A DNA stretch of 63,942 nt, counting the filler, from Psammoneis japonica (Eukaryota), in NCBI GenBank assembly GCA_008632985.1. It is 3 parts of 3 records of this genome, joined end to end, with 100 filler letters (N's around TTAATTAATTAA, not from the genome) between each part and the next. Parts side by side here need not be neighbours in the genome. Positions count along the whole stretch, not along the records: positions 26,380 to 52,642 come from QPGO01000428.1; 2 more parts are not named here. One strand, given 5' to 3'. Under the pieces are notes generated by a model. The model made no database searches. It was given only the letters and a program-made list of their open reading frames with translations, and was not told where the DNA came from. Below, one piece after another: positions 35,401 to 45,681 of this stretch (positions are counted from its first letter, which is position 1; each line of letters begins with the position of its first letter). A program made the translations under genes and the position numbers.

Positions 35401-35574
35401 CTTACATCGACTGTCAGTCGTGAAGAGCCCTCCTTTGGTTTCCCAGAGTTTGGTGGCGGATGCTTTTGTTCTGAGTTTCCGCGCGAATTTGCGCAAAATT
35501 GTGGTTGACAATGTTCCGCTGTCGAGGAGAACGCGCAGAGGCTCATTTTTCGCCTCACCCAATGAAGCATTCAC
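32470..35574 (-). CDS. Gypsy pol (protease, RT, RNaseH, integrase); open but RT YxDD reads CVDD
   Basis: LLDSG; SDFRELN; LDLNMGCCH; CVDD; YTDAS; TDHKNL; H-H-C-C zinc finger; VDLVGP; CDRGSEF; PQANAIVER. Confidence 0.95.
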   Translation of the reverse strand: MNASLGEAKNEPLRVLLDSGTLSTTILRKFARKLRTKASATKLWETKGGLFTTDSRCKIQFSSPEFDKHEMIETTACVDNSPSSSSRHDVIMGRDSMSSLGTTLDFSNEEIKWEDAIAPMKNVGALFDADVFKLIADHIEESRAVISLNDRVNRILDSDCHAANLNDVTAAATHLTPEEQKQLNFLLKRFENLFDGSPGKWTGKPVDPKLKSGVSPHHAKPFPAPQALEATARKEVERLCKLKVSRKTNCSEWAAPTFVQPKKNGRVRFLSDFRELNERLIRAPFPLPNIQDMLQKLEGFMHATSLDLNMGCCHVELTPRARRLCTIVMPWGKCECCGLPMGICGAPDIFQEHMSELMAGLEFVRTCVDDVLCLAKSDFQDHLKKLETVFLRLEQAGLKVNAEKSFFAKPEVDYPGFHVTRKGISPIPKKVEAIRAIATPKTRKELRRFIGMINCYRDMWPRRSHVLAPLAKLTSTQVKWQWTETEQKAFENMKRIISKDMLLSYPNFNIPFEIYTDASNSQLGAVITQKNRPIAFYSRKLNGAQTRYTTTEKELLSIVETLKEFRNILFGQQINIYTDHKNLTHKNFTTDRVMRWRLIIEEYSPKIIYLEGKANIVADAISRLTIKKIEPMETLSTEELAEKVLPKSYDNVFPLNYKVLDYEQKRDKDILSQLSNKTFHTKTFRGGERDRLLICHKDKIVVPRTLQKAVIDWHHTHLLHPGINRTEETISQHPWWSTLREDIRKYVSRCETCQKFKKKHKKYGHLPPKCAESAPWERLCVDLVGPYKIRRKGKKKPPVLKCLTVIDPATGWFEVVEIPNEESMTAAGLLERTWLSRCPWPSSIACDRGSEFIGHQFREMVQDGCGTGVKPVTARNPQANAIVERVHQVLGNMLRTFDLQHTPLDAEDPFAGVLSAAAFAARSAHHATTQAAPGQLVFNRDMTFDVQHVADWKLIQQRKQEITNKNDARENARRAPHTHRAGEKMPLEKDSQKLEQPCVGPCAMTMAHTNGTAQIKRGNVIDTVNVHRTMPFND

Positions 35575-35670
35575 ACAGGCGACGACTGCTGGACTAGCAT
35601 GAATTGCTTTGGCCCTTTTTCTGGGCTTCCCAATGTCCAGCAGAGCGTGAGACTCCTCTTGCGGTGCAAG

Positions 35671-36888
35671 TCATTCCTCAGAATCACTGCGCGTCATTTT
35701 TTCAAACTGACAATTTTCCTCGTCAAGGGTGTCAGAATCACAATCTTTGCTCTTGTGTTTTTTGTCATTGTTCGAAGAACTCGCTTTGAGCATTTTTTGA
35801 ACTGCTTGGATCACCATGGCATTCAACTCTTCTTTGCGAGCGGCGTTGTCGTTGTCGCGACGAGACCACGTGCGATTGCCATTTGAACGGCGCTGTTTTG
35901 GGTCGGGTTCACAGTTCCCACGGCGTTCTTTCGCAAGTCTTTTGATCGACCAGCACTTGTCCGTGTCACGAGTGGATTTCTCGCATGAAATGCACCACTT
36001 CTCGGACTGAGATTTTTCGGTGCCATGTTGGTGACCATTTTTGGAACCACGTTGGGAACCACTCTTGGCTTTTGATGCAGTGCCGCCACTGCCATCAGCC
36101 TTGGCATGAATGCCATCAAACATGTCTTCTGCGACCTCTGGGCGCTCCAAAAACTCAACCAGCTCGTCATGGGCATGTTTCAAAATTTCGAAACCCTGGA
36201 CGGTCGACTGACGCTGCCACTTTCGAGGTGCAAGGTTGAAGAGGATGTCCTTGAGCTCGTCATCCTCGATCTTCTGTTCCTTCCCAAAGGGAGGATAGAA
36301 CTTGAGGTCTTCGTTGACTTCCTGGACCCAAGCAGCAATTTCGCGCACTTTCATGGACTCCGGCTTCTTGAGATCACGACGCAAATGACGTTTCTGCACC
36401 GAAAGTGCGTTCTTGGGAAACACATGCCTCGTGAGATGTTGGAGGCATTTCTTGAAGCTTCCTTCCGCAGATTCGTCTTCAAGGTTCGCTGCCGCATTCT
36501 CGAAAGCACGCAGGGCGTCTCCTTGGAGTGACATGCGCATGAGACGAAACTCATCAGATTGCTTCCTGACATTCTGGCCCACCAGAAGTTGATCGTAGCT
36601 CTTGAGAAATTCGATGAACTTGGGGACACCTTGTTTCTTGCAGCACTCAACATTGATGGTGCAGGTGCGGCTGTCCTTCTTCTCGGGATGAAAACGTTGC
36701 TCCATCTTGAGGTGCTGGCTCGGTTTGAGGCTCTTCGGCTCGGAGTTCGATTCCAGCGGTTGAGGGACGATTTTCTCCTGCCTCAACGAAGTTTTGGCGT
36801 TGGTTGCATGAGGTGAAAGCTTCATCTTGAACTCATTGCCTTCTGTGGTGTGTATGCACAATGCACTGTGCTCGAAGAACGAGTGCAA
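35671..36888 (-). CDS. Gypsy gag
   Basis: 405-aa ORF between 5' LTR and pol; QKRHLRRDLKKP; degenerate knuckle WCISCEKSTRDTDKCW. Confidence 0.85.
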   Translation of the reverse strand: MHSFFEHSALCIHTTEGNEFKMKLSPHATNAKTSLRQEKIVPQPLESNSEPKSLKPSQHLKMEQRFHPEKKDSRTCTINVECCKKQGVPKFIEFLKSYDQLLVGQNVRKQSDEFRLMRMSLQGDALRAFENAAANLEDESAEGSFKKCLQHLTRHVFPKNALSVQKRHLRRDLKKPESMKVREIAAWVQEVNEDLKFYPPFGKEQKIEDDELKDILFNLAPRKWQRQSTVQGFEILKHAHDELVEFLERPEVAEDMFDGIHAKADGSGGTASKAKSGSQRGSKNGHQHGTEKSQSEKWCISCEKSTRDTDKCWSIKRLAKERRGNCEPDPKQRRSNGNRTWSRRDNDNAARKEELNAMVIQAVQKMLKASSSNNDKKHKSKDCDSDTLDEENCQFEKMTRSDSEE

Positions 36889-37240
36889 ACAAAAGCAGAA
36901 TGAAGTTCAAAAAGTGAAAATTGTGAGAATCATTTCTGCGCAATCATTTTGGGTTTCTCCGAACGGGTTCTCAACAGCCCAAACCTTTTGCACTGCTCCC
37001 ACAGACAAAAGGCCTTTCGGAGAATGTGATCGTGACAACAGATTGTCCGGATACGATTGACATTGACACGTGAGATGTCAACATCATCATACGATCGCAT
37101 TTGCGATTCTCGACATCCAATCACTTCTGTGTGACTGATCTGTGCTTCGTACGAACCCACGATTGACGTACGATTGAAACACACTTTTATTCAATGCACA
37201 GATGCACATGTGCAATGCGCACATGACAACGCACATTGCA
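36862..37240 (-). repeat. 5' LTR of gypsy
   Basis: Direct repeat of 32065-32443. Confidence 0.95.
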
Positions 37241-38163
37241 CATGTTGAACATTTTCTGCAGCACTTGGATCTGTTCTCACTTCCCGCATCTCTTCCCGGC
37301 AGCATCAAATCCTTGGACGTGTCAAAACACTTTGGCGCATCCTGCAGACCATCCAACGCTTGGCAACTTGCCTCTTGGAAACTGCCACACTGGTCTCAAC
37401 ACTCTTCTCATGCTGCCACTTGTGCAGTGTCACAGACCAAGTTAGTCCCTTGCAACAATCTCCGTCTCCACTTCGAGTTGATCAAAGTGGGCCCACAACC
37501 ACTTCAACGAAGAGCGATCACGACACGCCCCAGAGCAAGAGCTCTCAGGCACATCAATTTTGCACATTGGTGGAGTCAGAGCAACAGCACAGGTGGCTGT
37601 CACAACTGCTTTGCGACTTTGTCTGTCCAGATCAACGACTGCAACTGCTCATTTCTTGTCCCCATTTCGAGCATGTTCCTGTTGACACCCGCGAAAACCT
37701 GACACCTGACACATCACACACGCACACTCTCTCTTCATTTCATCGCCTCGGCAGAATGGTTCTTGCATTCATGGCGCTTTTCACAGGTGTGCTTTTAATC
37801 ATTGTTGCATCCAAGACCACAAAAGGTCACTGTCGTGCCCCATGTGCAACACACAGCCACTGACAAGAGTTGGTGTATCACGGCGACGTGTTGCAGTCTT
37901 AAATGTCACAAAGGGCGTGACAAAAATGACCTTTTGTCTGCATGCATGCTGCACATGATCATCCTTGACGACTGGAGTGTGTCAGCATGCCGCAAGGATG
38001 CAAGCTCCGCAGCGAGGTGCAGATGCACTGGCGCTCGCGCAAACAAGCGATCCGCATGACTCAGTGTGAGACGGTGGGTTTGGGGCGAGAGCGAGATCTG
38101 CTCGATGTTTTCTTCGTCATGGGTTCGCAGTGAAATACATTCAGCACTGGTGACAATGATCAT

Positions 38164-39141
38164 CTAGAGCAAGTGTTGAGTCACACAATCAAAGTTTGCC
38201 AAAAACGAAGCTGCAGCAACTGTTTCACATCCCAGGAACAAATCGATCAGGTCGCTTTCTTTTTCTTCCTGTGTTCCTGCAGTTAAACAGATCTGGCTTT
38301 TCACAAAGCAAGGAGTGAACAACACCCACTCTGGACATGTCTGCACTGCGCTCCCCGCTTTGGCCAAGACATGGGCCCAGAGATCTGGATGAACACTGTC
38401 CTGCTTCAAAAGTTGTCGCCCATGCACTTCGATCAATGCCGAGACTACGGCTTGATGACCCCCATCGACAGCGGCGTCCAATGGTGATTTTCCATCCACA
38501 TCTTTGGCGTCAATGTCAGCTCCGTGTTCCAACAGGAGTCTCGCCACGCTTTCGCCATCAGAAAAGCCTGCTGCACAATGCAAAGGCGTTTCCCCGTCAT
38601 TGTCCATCTCGTTGACTCGCGCCCCTCCATCCTCCAAGAGAACTCGCACTGTGTTTTCCCACCCTCCACTTGAAGCTTTGTGAAGAGCCGCGCCACCGAG
38701 GGCTGACTTCAAATGGACGTCGGCACCATTTTGCAGCAGCAACAAACACACATCATCACATCCATTCATCGAAGCTAAGTGCAACGGCGTCAAATCACGG
38801 CCGTCAGCTTTGTCATTGACTGCCGCGCCGTGCGACAGGAGCACACGAGCTGTGGATGCACGCCTGTGACCGTGAAGGCACGCCAAGTGCAAGGGCGTCC
38901 ATCCACAACGTGACCGATCCATCACGCGTGCTCCAGCATCCAGCAAGAGTTGCACTTTTGTATCGCGATCGATCATGGCAAGCCGACTAACAACATGAAC
39001 AAGGATGGGGGTTGGAACACCATCAAACATGCCGTTCACAAGCATGTTCGGATCGGCACCGCTCAAAAGTGCACGTCGAACATCATCCGTGCTGCCGTTT
39101 TCAACCAAAAGGCTTGATTCCAAAAGTTGATTCGCATCCAT
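38164..39141 (-). CDS. Ankyrin-repeat protein (Tyr-free; probably hypermutated or pseudogenised)
   Basis: GWTPLHLAC, LTPLHLAS, GETPLHCAA, LLEHGADIDAKD, GKSPLDAA; no Tyr in 325 aa. Confidence 0.9.
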   Translation of the reverse strand: MDANQLLESSLLVENGSTDDVRRALLSGADPNMLVNGMFDGVPTPILVHVVSRLAMIDRDTKVQLLLDAGARVMDRSRCGWTPLHLACLHGHRRASTARVLLSHGAAVNDKADGRDLTPLHLASMNGCDDVCLLLLQNGADVHLKSALGGAALHKASSGGWENTVRVLLEDGGARVNEMDNDGETPLHCAAGFSDGESVARLLLEHGADIDAKDVDGKSPLDAAVDGGHQAVVSALIEVHGRQLLKQDSVHPDLWAHVLAKAGSAVQTCPEWVLFTPCFVKSQICLTAGTQEEKESDLIDLFLGCETVAAASFLANFDCVTQHLL

Positions 39142-39799
39142 GTCTAAAGTGACATTTTGTGATAAGAGTGAATAGAATGGAACCGCCGTCAAATTCGGTG
39201 CTGCGTTTGCTCATGGCTCATGGCCGACGCCGCTTCGTTCATGCTGAAAGCTGAAACCACAAACTACGGTAACCACCCCGTGATAGTCTACGTGAGAGTT
39301 GCATAATAGCTCGAATAATTCGACTAAACATTCTTGCATCATTCTGTACTGTACTGTACCGTAACCTTAACTAAAATACTGTGGAGGTAGACGGAAAGAA
39401 TACAACCCTGGGTACAACTGCGTAGGGTCTAGTACTTCTTCTACAGGGTCACCAGGAAAGCACAGACACCGACTTCCGCTACATCAACCTGCAGCACCCT
39501 CCAAGACGCGCAGCTGCGAAGACAACCAAAAAAGAAAACGATCGCGACAATGGCCTCCCTTGCGTCGCTGATATCTATATCTATTTTTGCCGTATTTTCC
39601 CGTTTCTTTTCGCAGCATTCGGAGCTTTTATACAAGTAACATGATGGGCTAGTGGTGCTGGCGTTGAGTTCAATCCGTCGAGGCGGATTTGTCGCTGAAG
39701 GTGCAGTGCAGAAATTGTGAGAATGCAGCATCAACATGACGGATTTTTGTGATATACTATTGTATCTTTGGTGTTGTTTCTCACTTCTTGTCATTATTT

Positions 39800-40604
39800 T
39801 GACGCATGTGCTATAAGGTGTCCACGGGGCTTGGGTTTTTATGGTGCTGACTTTCTCTTCGGAACTTATCGTTGAATAATCAAAATTGAGCTGCCACTGG
39901 AATTTATGGCAAAGAGTTGGCGGCGGTGATGTCTCAACATCCCTTGGGCCGATTTTCGCGATTCTTGTTTCATTGTTAATGGAAATTGTACAAGGAATCC
40001 AAGAGGCTTGGTTTTGTTGTGCAAAATTCCATTCTGTGCAGATGGATTTATTGGATGCCGTGCGCACAGAAATGATGCTTCAATTGGAAGGGGCGCTCCA
40101 GCGATGTTGTGGATTGAACAAGGAAGAATGAAGCCCTAGACACGCACTACATGTAACAAGAATATTAAATATGACTGTTAAACATGGCACGGGGTTTTTT
40201 ACGTCAGTTGATCGTGTCGGGTTGCCTTGATTTGACAGAACATTCCATGGCACCAACCGGTTTGACATGCAGCTGGAAATCGGCTTCCTCCAGTGTTCCA
40301 ACCAATTTGACCTTGCTTGCATGGGCAAGCTGTTGTCGCCTGGTTCGGGCGTTCCATACGCCTTTAGACCCATCCACCACGACATCGTTGGGGGTTGTTT
40401 GAATGGCCTCTGGTTGGTGAAGTCTTGTTCACATTGACAAGTCACCCCGCCAAGAAATGACGTGAGTGCTATCAAGGTTGGCTTGTAATACTTTTTAGAC
40501 GGCGTGGTCTCGGTTGTATTGTTGCATAAATCTATCAAAAACGCGACGTACCATGCAACAACCCGGTTGTTTCGATACGGGAAAAATTCCCGTGCTTCCT
40601 CCAC
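39800..40604 (-). mobile_element. Degenerate CryptonS-like (stramenopile tyrosine-recombinase transposon) relic
   Basis: KAYGTPEP......ARSN.LE.W.K.IS..M.NR.VPWN....QGNPTRS..V resembles the N-terminal region of oomycete/diatom Crypton proteins as I recall them; downstream frames broken. Confidence 0.55.
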
Positions 40605-40782
40605 AAGAACACGGAAGATACGGTCGCTGAAGTGGGGTAACGGTCAGTACAATGTGTAGAATTCAACGGAGAAATACTACGGAATACAACATGGGTTGTA
40701 TTCCCGGGATAATGTACCGGTAGTAGGGCCCTACGGTAGTACGCACGACTCCTCCTCTAGTACCTGACCTGCTGCAAAAAAC

Positions 40783-42054
40783 ATGCGGCTGCCCCACATC
40801 CACAATCCACAATCCAACCACAGCAGCGAGAAGTCTCCAAGTTGCACCCTGTCTACAGCATCCCATCTCAAAGATCACGCAATGGAGGGGCAGAAGCAGA
40901 AGGTTCAGCGGCTCATCTCGAACCTTCATGATCGCAATGTGACGGGTTCGTTTGTGGGTAACAGCCGCATCCAAGGCCTGATTGCAAAGCACGAGCTAAG
41001 CTACTTCAAATTCGAGAAGCCCAGACGAAAAGGTAAAAAGCCACATAGAGTTCAAAGTTATGATGCAAGTGAAACATGGATAAATTCGACAGACAGCAGG
41101 AGTGGCGCAGAGTACATTGGAGACAAGGATGTTTTGCCTTTCTTGTTGAAGTGCATAACGGATTCAGAAAAAGCCGGCAACATCGAAGTGAAAGATGTCG
41201 ATCCGAACAACGGTCAATCCAACAGTAAATCCTCCTTCTGTGCTGTTTTGTCCTTCCTTCTCTTTGGTGCCAACAACATGGGAGCAAACAAGACGGATCT
41301 CTGCGAAATCATGACCGCGTACTGTGCCTCGGAACGGGGACAGAGGGAATGGTTCAAAGCCGCTTCGGAGCTTTTTAAGGTAAACGTTTTCGTTGTCGAA
41401 TGCCACACCAAGTCACCTCCCAACGAGGTGTCCCCACATTTCGAGAAATTGTTCCGTGAAAAGAAAAACGACGTGAACACACAGCGGTATTTATGGAGCC
41501 GGGAGAATGGCAGGGCGTGGAGACTTCGATCGCAGTCTCACCTGCACAAATCCGATTCAAACGGTGCAACACCTTGGCTGTACCTGGGGGTGGACAATAC
41601 AGAGCATTACTTTGCTCTCTGCTCCAGCGACCCAGAGCTGTCCCTGCCCCCCGCACCAGCACTCGGCACTCAGTATCGTGGTTGCTACCGGGCCTCCACC
41701 GACCACTCCTCCACTCTGGCTCCTGGAGCTGGCGATGCTGGCGGACTTTCCTCTGGAGCACTGGCTCTCCCGATGGCTGGCGATGGAGCAAGCGGCGCAT
41801 TTGCTCCAAAGGCGGTCGGGAACAATGCCGTAGAAGCGGGGGGAAGGGAAAAGGAAGAACCGCCAACGTCTGAACCGAAGACCTCTAGCAGTGCGCCGGC
41901 TCCGGCAGCTTCGTTGCAAGGAAGAACGGCTCCGGCCGATGCCTCTGCTGGAACTGGGCGAGCAGAAAGGAAAAGAGCACTGTCACCATGTTTGGGTGAA
42001 AGCCCATCGCCGCTACCTGCTGCTACAAAAGCGAAACCGTTTCCTCCCGAGTGA
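40783..42054 (+). CDS. Hypothetical protein, possible OTU-like fold plus low-complexity Ala/Gly/Pro tail
   Basis: 423-aa ORF with normal composition; AASELFKVNVFVV and LYLG...EHYFAL resemble OTU motifs, but no DGxC catalytic motif. Confidence 0.5.
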   Translation: MRLPHIHNPQSNHSSEKSPSCTLSTASHLKDHAMEGQKQKVQRLISNLHDRNVTGSFVGNSRIQGLIAKHELSYFKFEKPRRKGKKPHRVQSYDASETWINSTDSRSGAEYIGDKDVLPFLLKCITDSEKAGNIEVKDVDPNNGQSNSKSSFCAVLSFLLFGANNMGANKTDLCEIMTAYCASERGQREWFKAASELFKVNVFVVECHTKSPPNEVSPHFEKLFREKKNDVNTQRYLWSRENGRAWRLRSQSHLHKSDSNGATPWLYLGVDNTEHYFALCSSDPELSLPPAPALGTQYRGCYRASTDHSSTLAPGAGDAGGLSSGALALPMAGDGASGAFAPKAVGNNAVEAGGREKEEPPTSEPKTSSSAPAPAASLQGRTAPADASAGTGRAERKRALSPCLGESPSPLPAATKAKPFPPE

Positions 42055-42150
42055 CTGCAAATGACTACATTTTGTATTTAATTTTTACATTTTACGCACA
42101 CAAAGCCTGACTCAATCATATGTGCTTTACGTGCAATTGTTCTTTAAAAG

Positions 42151-42697
42151 GCGACTGCCGGATCACTGATTGGAATTGGCGAGGTAGTGCTTCTTCCGCT
42201 TGATATGTTGAAAGTCAAGTCTCAAACTGCTCCAGATCAGCTTCATGGACGAGGTGTAATTGATATCTTTAGACTAGAGGGATGGGGCCTTTATCGCGGA
42301 TGGGGGATGGGGGTGGACGGCGGCTAGGAATGCACCGGGATCATTCGCTCTATTTGGTGGCAATGCCTTTGCCAAGACACTCATGGGAGTAGATGAACGT
42401 CAACAAGCCACTGGGACTCAAGATGCCATTGCATCATGTGCCGGAGCTGTTGCGTCTATCACGGTGGCCGCTCCCCTTGACGTGATCAAAACACGCATCC
42501 AGCATCGGCCTTTTGATTCGCCAGAGTCCGGACTGTCAGTTGTTGCCAATCTTGTCAAAAAAGAAGGACCTGGAGCCTTTTTCAAGGAACTCACTCCACA
42601 GCTTTTGGTCGTTGGACCCAAGTTGGTCTTTTCCTTTACGATTGCGCAGCATACAATTGCGTACTTTACGCGAGTGCTCGATCCCAACAAGATGTAA
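42151..42697 (+). pseudogene. GGC1: Mitochondrial GTP/GDP carrier, 3' exon only, frameshifted
   Basis: After acceptor ...ttctttaaaag: ATAGSLIGIGEVVLLPLD.LK.K.QT...LYRGWG(W)TAARNAPGSFALFGGNAFAK...APLDVIKTRIQ...GPKLVFSF, very close to yeast Ggc1; 7-bp duplication at ~42300-42313 shifts the frame. Confidence 0.9.
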
Positions 42698-43355
42698 TTC
42701 CTTTTTGATTGGAGAATGATTTTGTTACTTGAGCCCTCTTTTAAATAGCTAAACCTACTTAGCTTGTTATTTGGAAGAAATGACACTGCAACCCTCAAAT
42801 TGTTAATGTTCTCGCCCAGTTTCCGGTATCTTTCATACCTGAGTTTTTCATGGCGACTGCCACATGCAAGCTGAACGGGAGGGGAGCATCTGGACCGTTA
42901 GTTTGTGTAGTACTAAAGATGCAACCAGCTAAAATGATGCAAACCTCTTCATTTCGTTCGGTACCAGTGCTCCTTCTGATACTACTCAAACAATGACCAA
43001 CGCAACTCCGCTAACCGATCTGACAGATTGGCGAAAAAATGACAACGGACTCTTCAAGAGTGACAAGTACGCTGCTTTCTAAAAGTTGCGGTAGTTTCGA
43101 AGTGTAGAGTAGAGAAGATAGGAAGGTATTAAGCGTAGACTGCTACTTGATTTGAAAAGGGATGTGTGCCTTTTCCTGTTACATGTCGCCATTATACCGG
43201 TGCCAATATATTTTGTCCCTTCTCAACTATAATGGAGTCCAATAGTGAAAGATACTACTTATGCTTCGATGGACGAAACCGGGAAGTCATTTGACTCGGG
43301 TGCGAATTAGTAGGGCCCCTACGCGTCCAAAGTCGAGCATCTATCGAAGTAAAGT

Positions 43356-44886
43356 TTATCTCGCACCTTTTTGCTTCGTCCGTTCCTGAGTAAAATCTAC
43401 ATTCTTGCTGATATAATTAGGGACCGAAAACTCGACCGCATTCTTCTCCACGGCTCGAGCAATTGCCATCAGCACAGCATTCCGATTGTCCATGTATTCA
43501 TCGCCATAGGGCTTGAGGTCAAAGTTGACATTCACCAACACTTCTACACGATCTTCTTTGAAATCGTTCATGTGAACACGAAATGGACGGCGACCATCGG
43601 TGATCAATTTGGGGCACGAGATCCGGATTTCTTCCTTGATTGATTCGACGAGATCAGGAATTTTGTCAAGATCGTCATAATGGAACCCCAACACTTGCTT
43701 CACTTGGCAATTGTCAGTTCGAGCTAGATTTTGCGATCGTTGAGCGTTTAGCTGCGTATTGGGAATTCTAATTACAATTCCGTCTGTACCTGCGACAGAT
43801 GGACGAAGGTGAAGTGTAAGAACCTGTACATAGAACATAACTCTTACAAAAAGGTCTGCTGGTACAGACTACGTAGTCCGCAAAAATTGACGTACCTTTA
43901 ATGTGTGTCTCTAGTGAGCCTATCAGTTGCACACTTCCAGTGGTTCCGTCTCCAAGCCGGATCAAATCCCCTTCCTTAAATTTGCCTGAGATACGAAGCG
44001 CGAAAGCATTCACAATCGCACTCGCCAAATCCTTAGAGGCCAACGAAAACACCAATCCTGCTATGCCTCCCGCGGCAAGGACTGAGGTAACGCCCTTTCC
44101 GAGTCCCCACTGGCAGATGTCTTCAAAGAACAAAAATGTACAAACGGCAATGAGGCCATCCAGCACGCGAGAAAGAATTTCGGTCTTTTCATCCAATTTA
44201 CGCTTTCTCAACATGAACTGCTTGAAGTTACGAATCCTCCAGGCAACCCAAGCTGTGTGTGCCGATTTGGCAAACATGCCGGGATGGTCGGGGTGTGTGG
44301 CAAATCCCAACGTTGTCAACGCCAACGAAACCATGTCAAAGGCATAGATGATCCCCGCTACCTTGGCTAGCTGAGAAATCGTGGTCGCACCTCGAAAGAG
44401 AAGCGTCTTTTGGTAATCTTCGTCGTTTTCTTTGTCCTTTAGGCGCTGGAGTAGATAGCGTTTGGCGAGTGGTTGTGGAAGCCAGGCAATCACCCCCAAC
44501 AGAGCAACATCACTAAGATCAAAGGCGTTGGCCAGAGCTTGCCAAGTGGGACGTAGCTTGGAGGGAAGGAGCGTGAACTTCTGGATAATGGATCCCAAAC
44601 GTCCGACTGCGGCGGGTGCAAGCACAGTGCCACGGCTGCTGTTACTCGTTCCAGCCGCAGCAGCCGCTTTCGCGGGAAGGTTCATCTGGGTGGCAGGTCG
44701 ATGACGAGTCAACGTGTCGGCCACCACCACTCCTCTCTCGCCTTGACGAAGTGAGCGGATGCCAAAATGAGGGAGCACAAGAAGGGAGGAATCGACCGGC
44801 GTCACCCACGCAGCAGCCAAGCTAGCAACAGTGAACAAAAGCAACAGCAACAATGGTGAGTTTGGAGGACAAAGACTCGTCCTCAT
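43356..44886 (-). CDS. mscS: MscS-family small-conductance mechanosensitive channel, probably plastid-targeted; exons 44886-43896 and 43789-43356
   Basis: GGIAGLVFSLASKD...F.EGD.I.LG.GT.G.V..IG.LET...IPN..L; 106-bp GT..AG intron 43895-43790 joins the two ORFs in frame; leader LLLLLLFTVASLAAA-WVTP fits signal peptide plus aromatic +1 residue. Confidence 0.92.
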
Positions 44887-45394
44887 CCTGACAGGCATTT
44901 GTGTTTGCCTTTCTGCTGCCTGCTTTTTGCGGGTCAAGAAACAAATGATGTCTCTGCAGTGCAGTGATGTGTGACGGCGCTTGATGGTTGCAGTGCGGTC
45001 GCTGTTGGCTGTGGCGCTTCTTCGGGGCTACCTTGCACTCTCCCAGGTGATCCCGGCCAGAGATGTCACAAACCAGCATGTGGCAGCCAATTGAAAATGT
45101 GAGGAAAGAACCGCAACATCAATCCCTGAGAAGCGAAGACAATGCATGGACTGTGGAAGTGCAGTCATGAGTCAAAACACCGCGGAACAGGATCCATGCT
45201 CCGAGATCTGTGCGGCACCGCGACAATCTTCATCGCCGGTGCTGGCTAGGGCCCACCGGCATGCTGGCACTGCAGATGTCTTTTTGGGTCTCGGATGTCT
45301 GTCTTTCGCCCGCCCGACGCTCCTGGCTCTGATCATGTCATGACTTTCGGTTTCAGCAGTTGTCGGGTCGTTGAAAAAGTCAGTGGGGCAGCTG

Positions 45395-45666
45395 TGACAG
45401 GATTTGAACAGGATTTGGATGCGCGCATTCGCGCGCTGTTTAGTTTACCGCGCACAGTTTTGTGTGCTTTAGTTCCGCGCGTTCACGCGCGATGTAGTTT
45501 GCTTTCGAGCCACAAGGCTCACAAGAATGACAACAGCAGCCCGATTGTGCCGACTCACACGTCTTTCGGCTCCTGTGACGGTCTCTGAGCGGAGACTCAT
45601 CTGCCATTTAGACAGCAGTAAGGAGTTGTTGTTTGAATTCTTGCCATTTGCCTTCATTTTCTGTCA
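45395..45666 (+). repeat. 5' LTR of copia copy 3
   Basis: 272 bp (4 bp shorter, in the GCGCGC hairpin loop). Confidence 0.97.
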
Positions 45667-45681
45667 GATTAACAGTCTTGC
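45667..45681 (+). promoter_or_regulatory. Putative primer-binding site complementary to a tRNA-Asn(GUU) anticodon arm
   Basis: GATTAACAGTCTTGC immediately after the LTR; reverse complement G-CAAGA-CT-GTT-AA-TC. Confidence 0.6.

Larger units (their letters stand above)
32065..37240 (-). mobile_element. Complete Ty3/gypsy LTR retrotransposon
   Basis: 379-bp LTRs, CATG TSD (32061-32064 / 37241-37244), PPT tggggaggcgaa on the minus strand at 32444-32455, gag then PR-RT-RH-IN. Confidence 0.97.

Noticed and set aside
32470..35574. Alternative genetic code or RNA editing explaining Cys/His at Tyr positions
   Set aside because: Copies differ among TAC, TGC and CAC at the same codon, non-coding LTRs are affected, both strands change, and neighbouring genes use Tyr normally.
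36841..36861. Self-priming (Tf1-like) PBS for the gypsy
   Set aside because: No tRNA-type PBS is visible, but the region is too mutated to show complementarity to the LTR.
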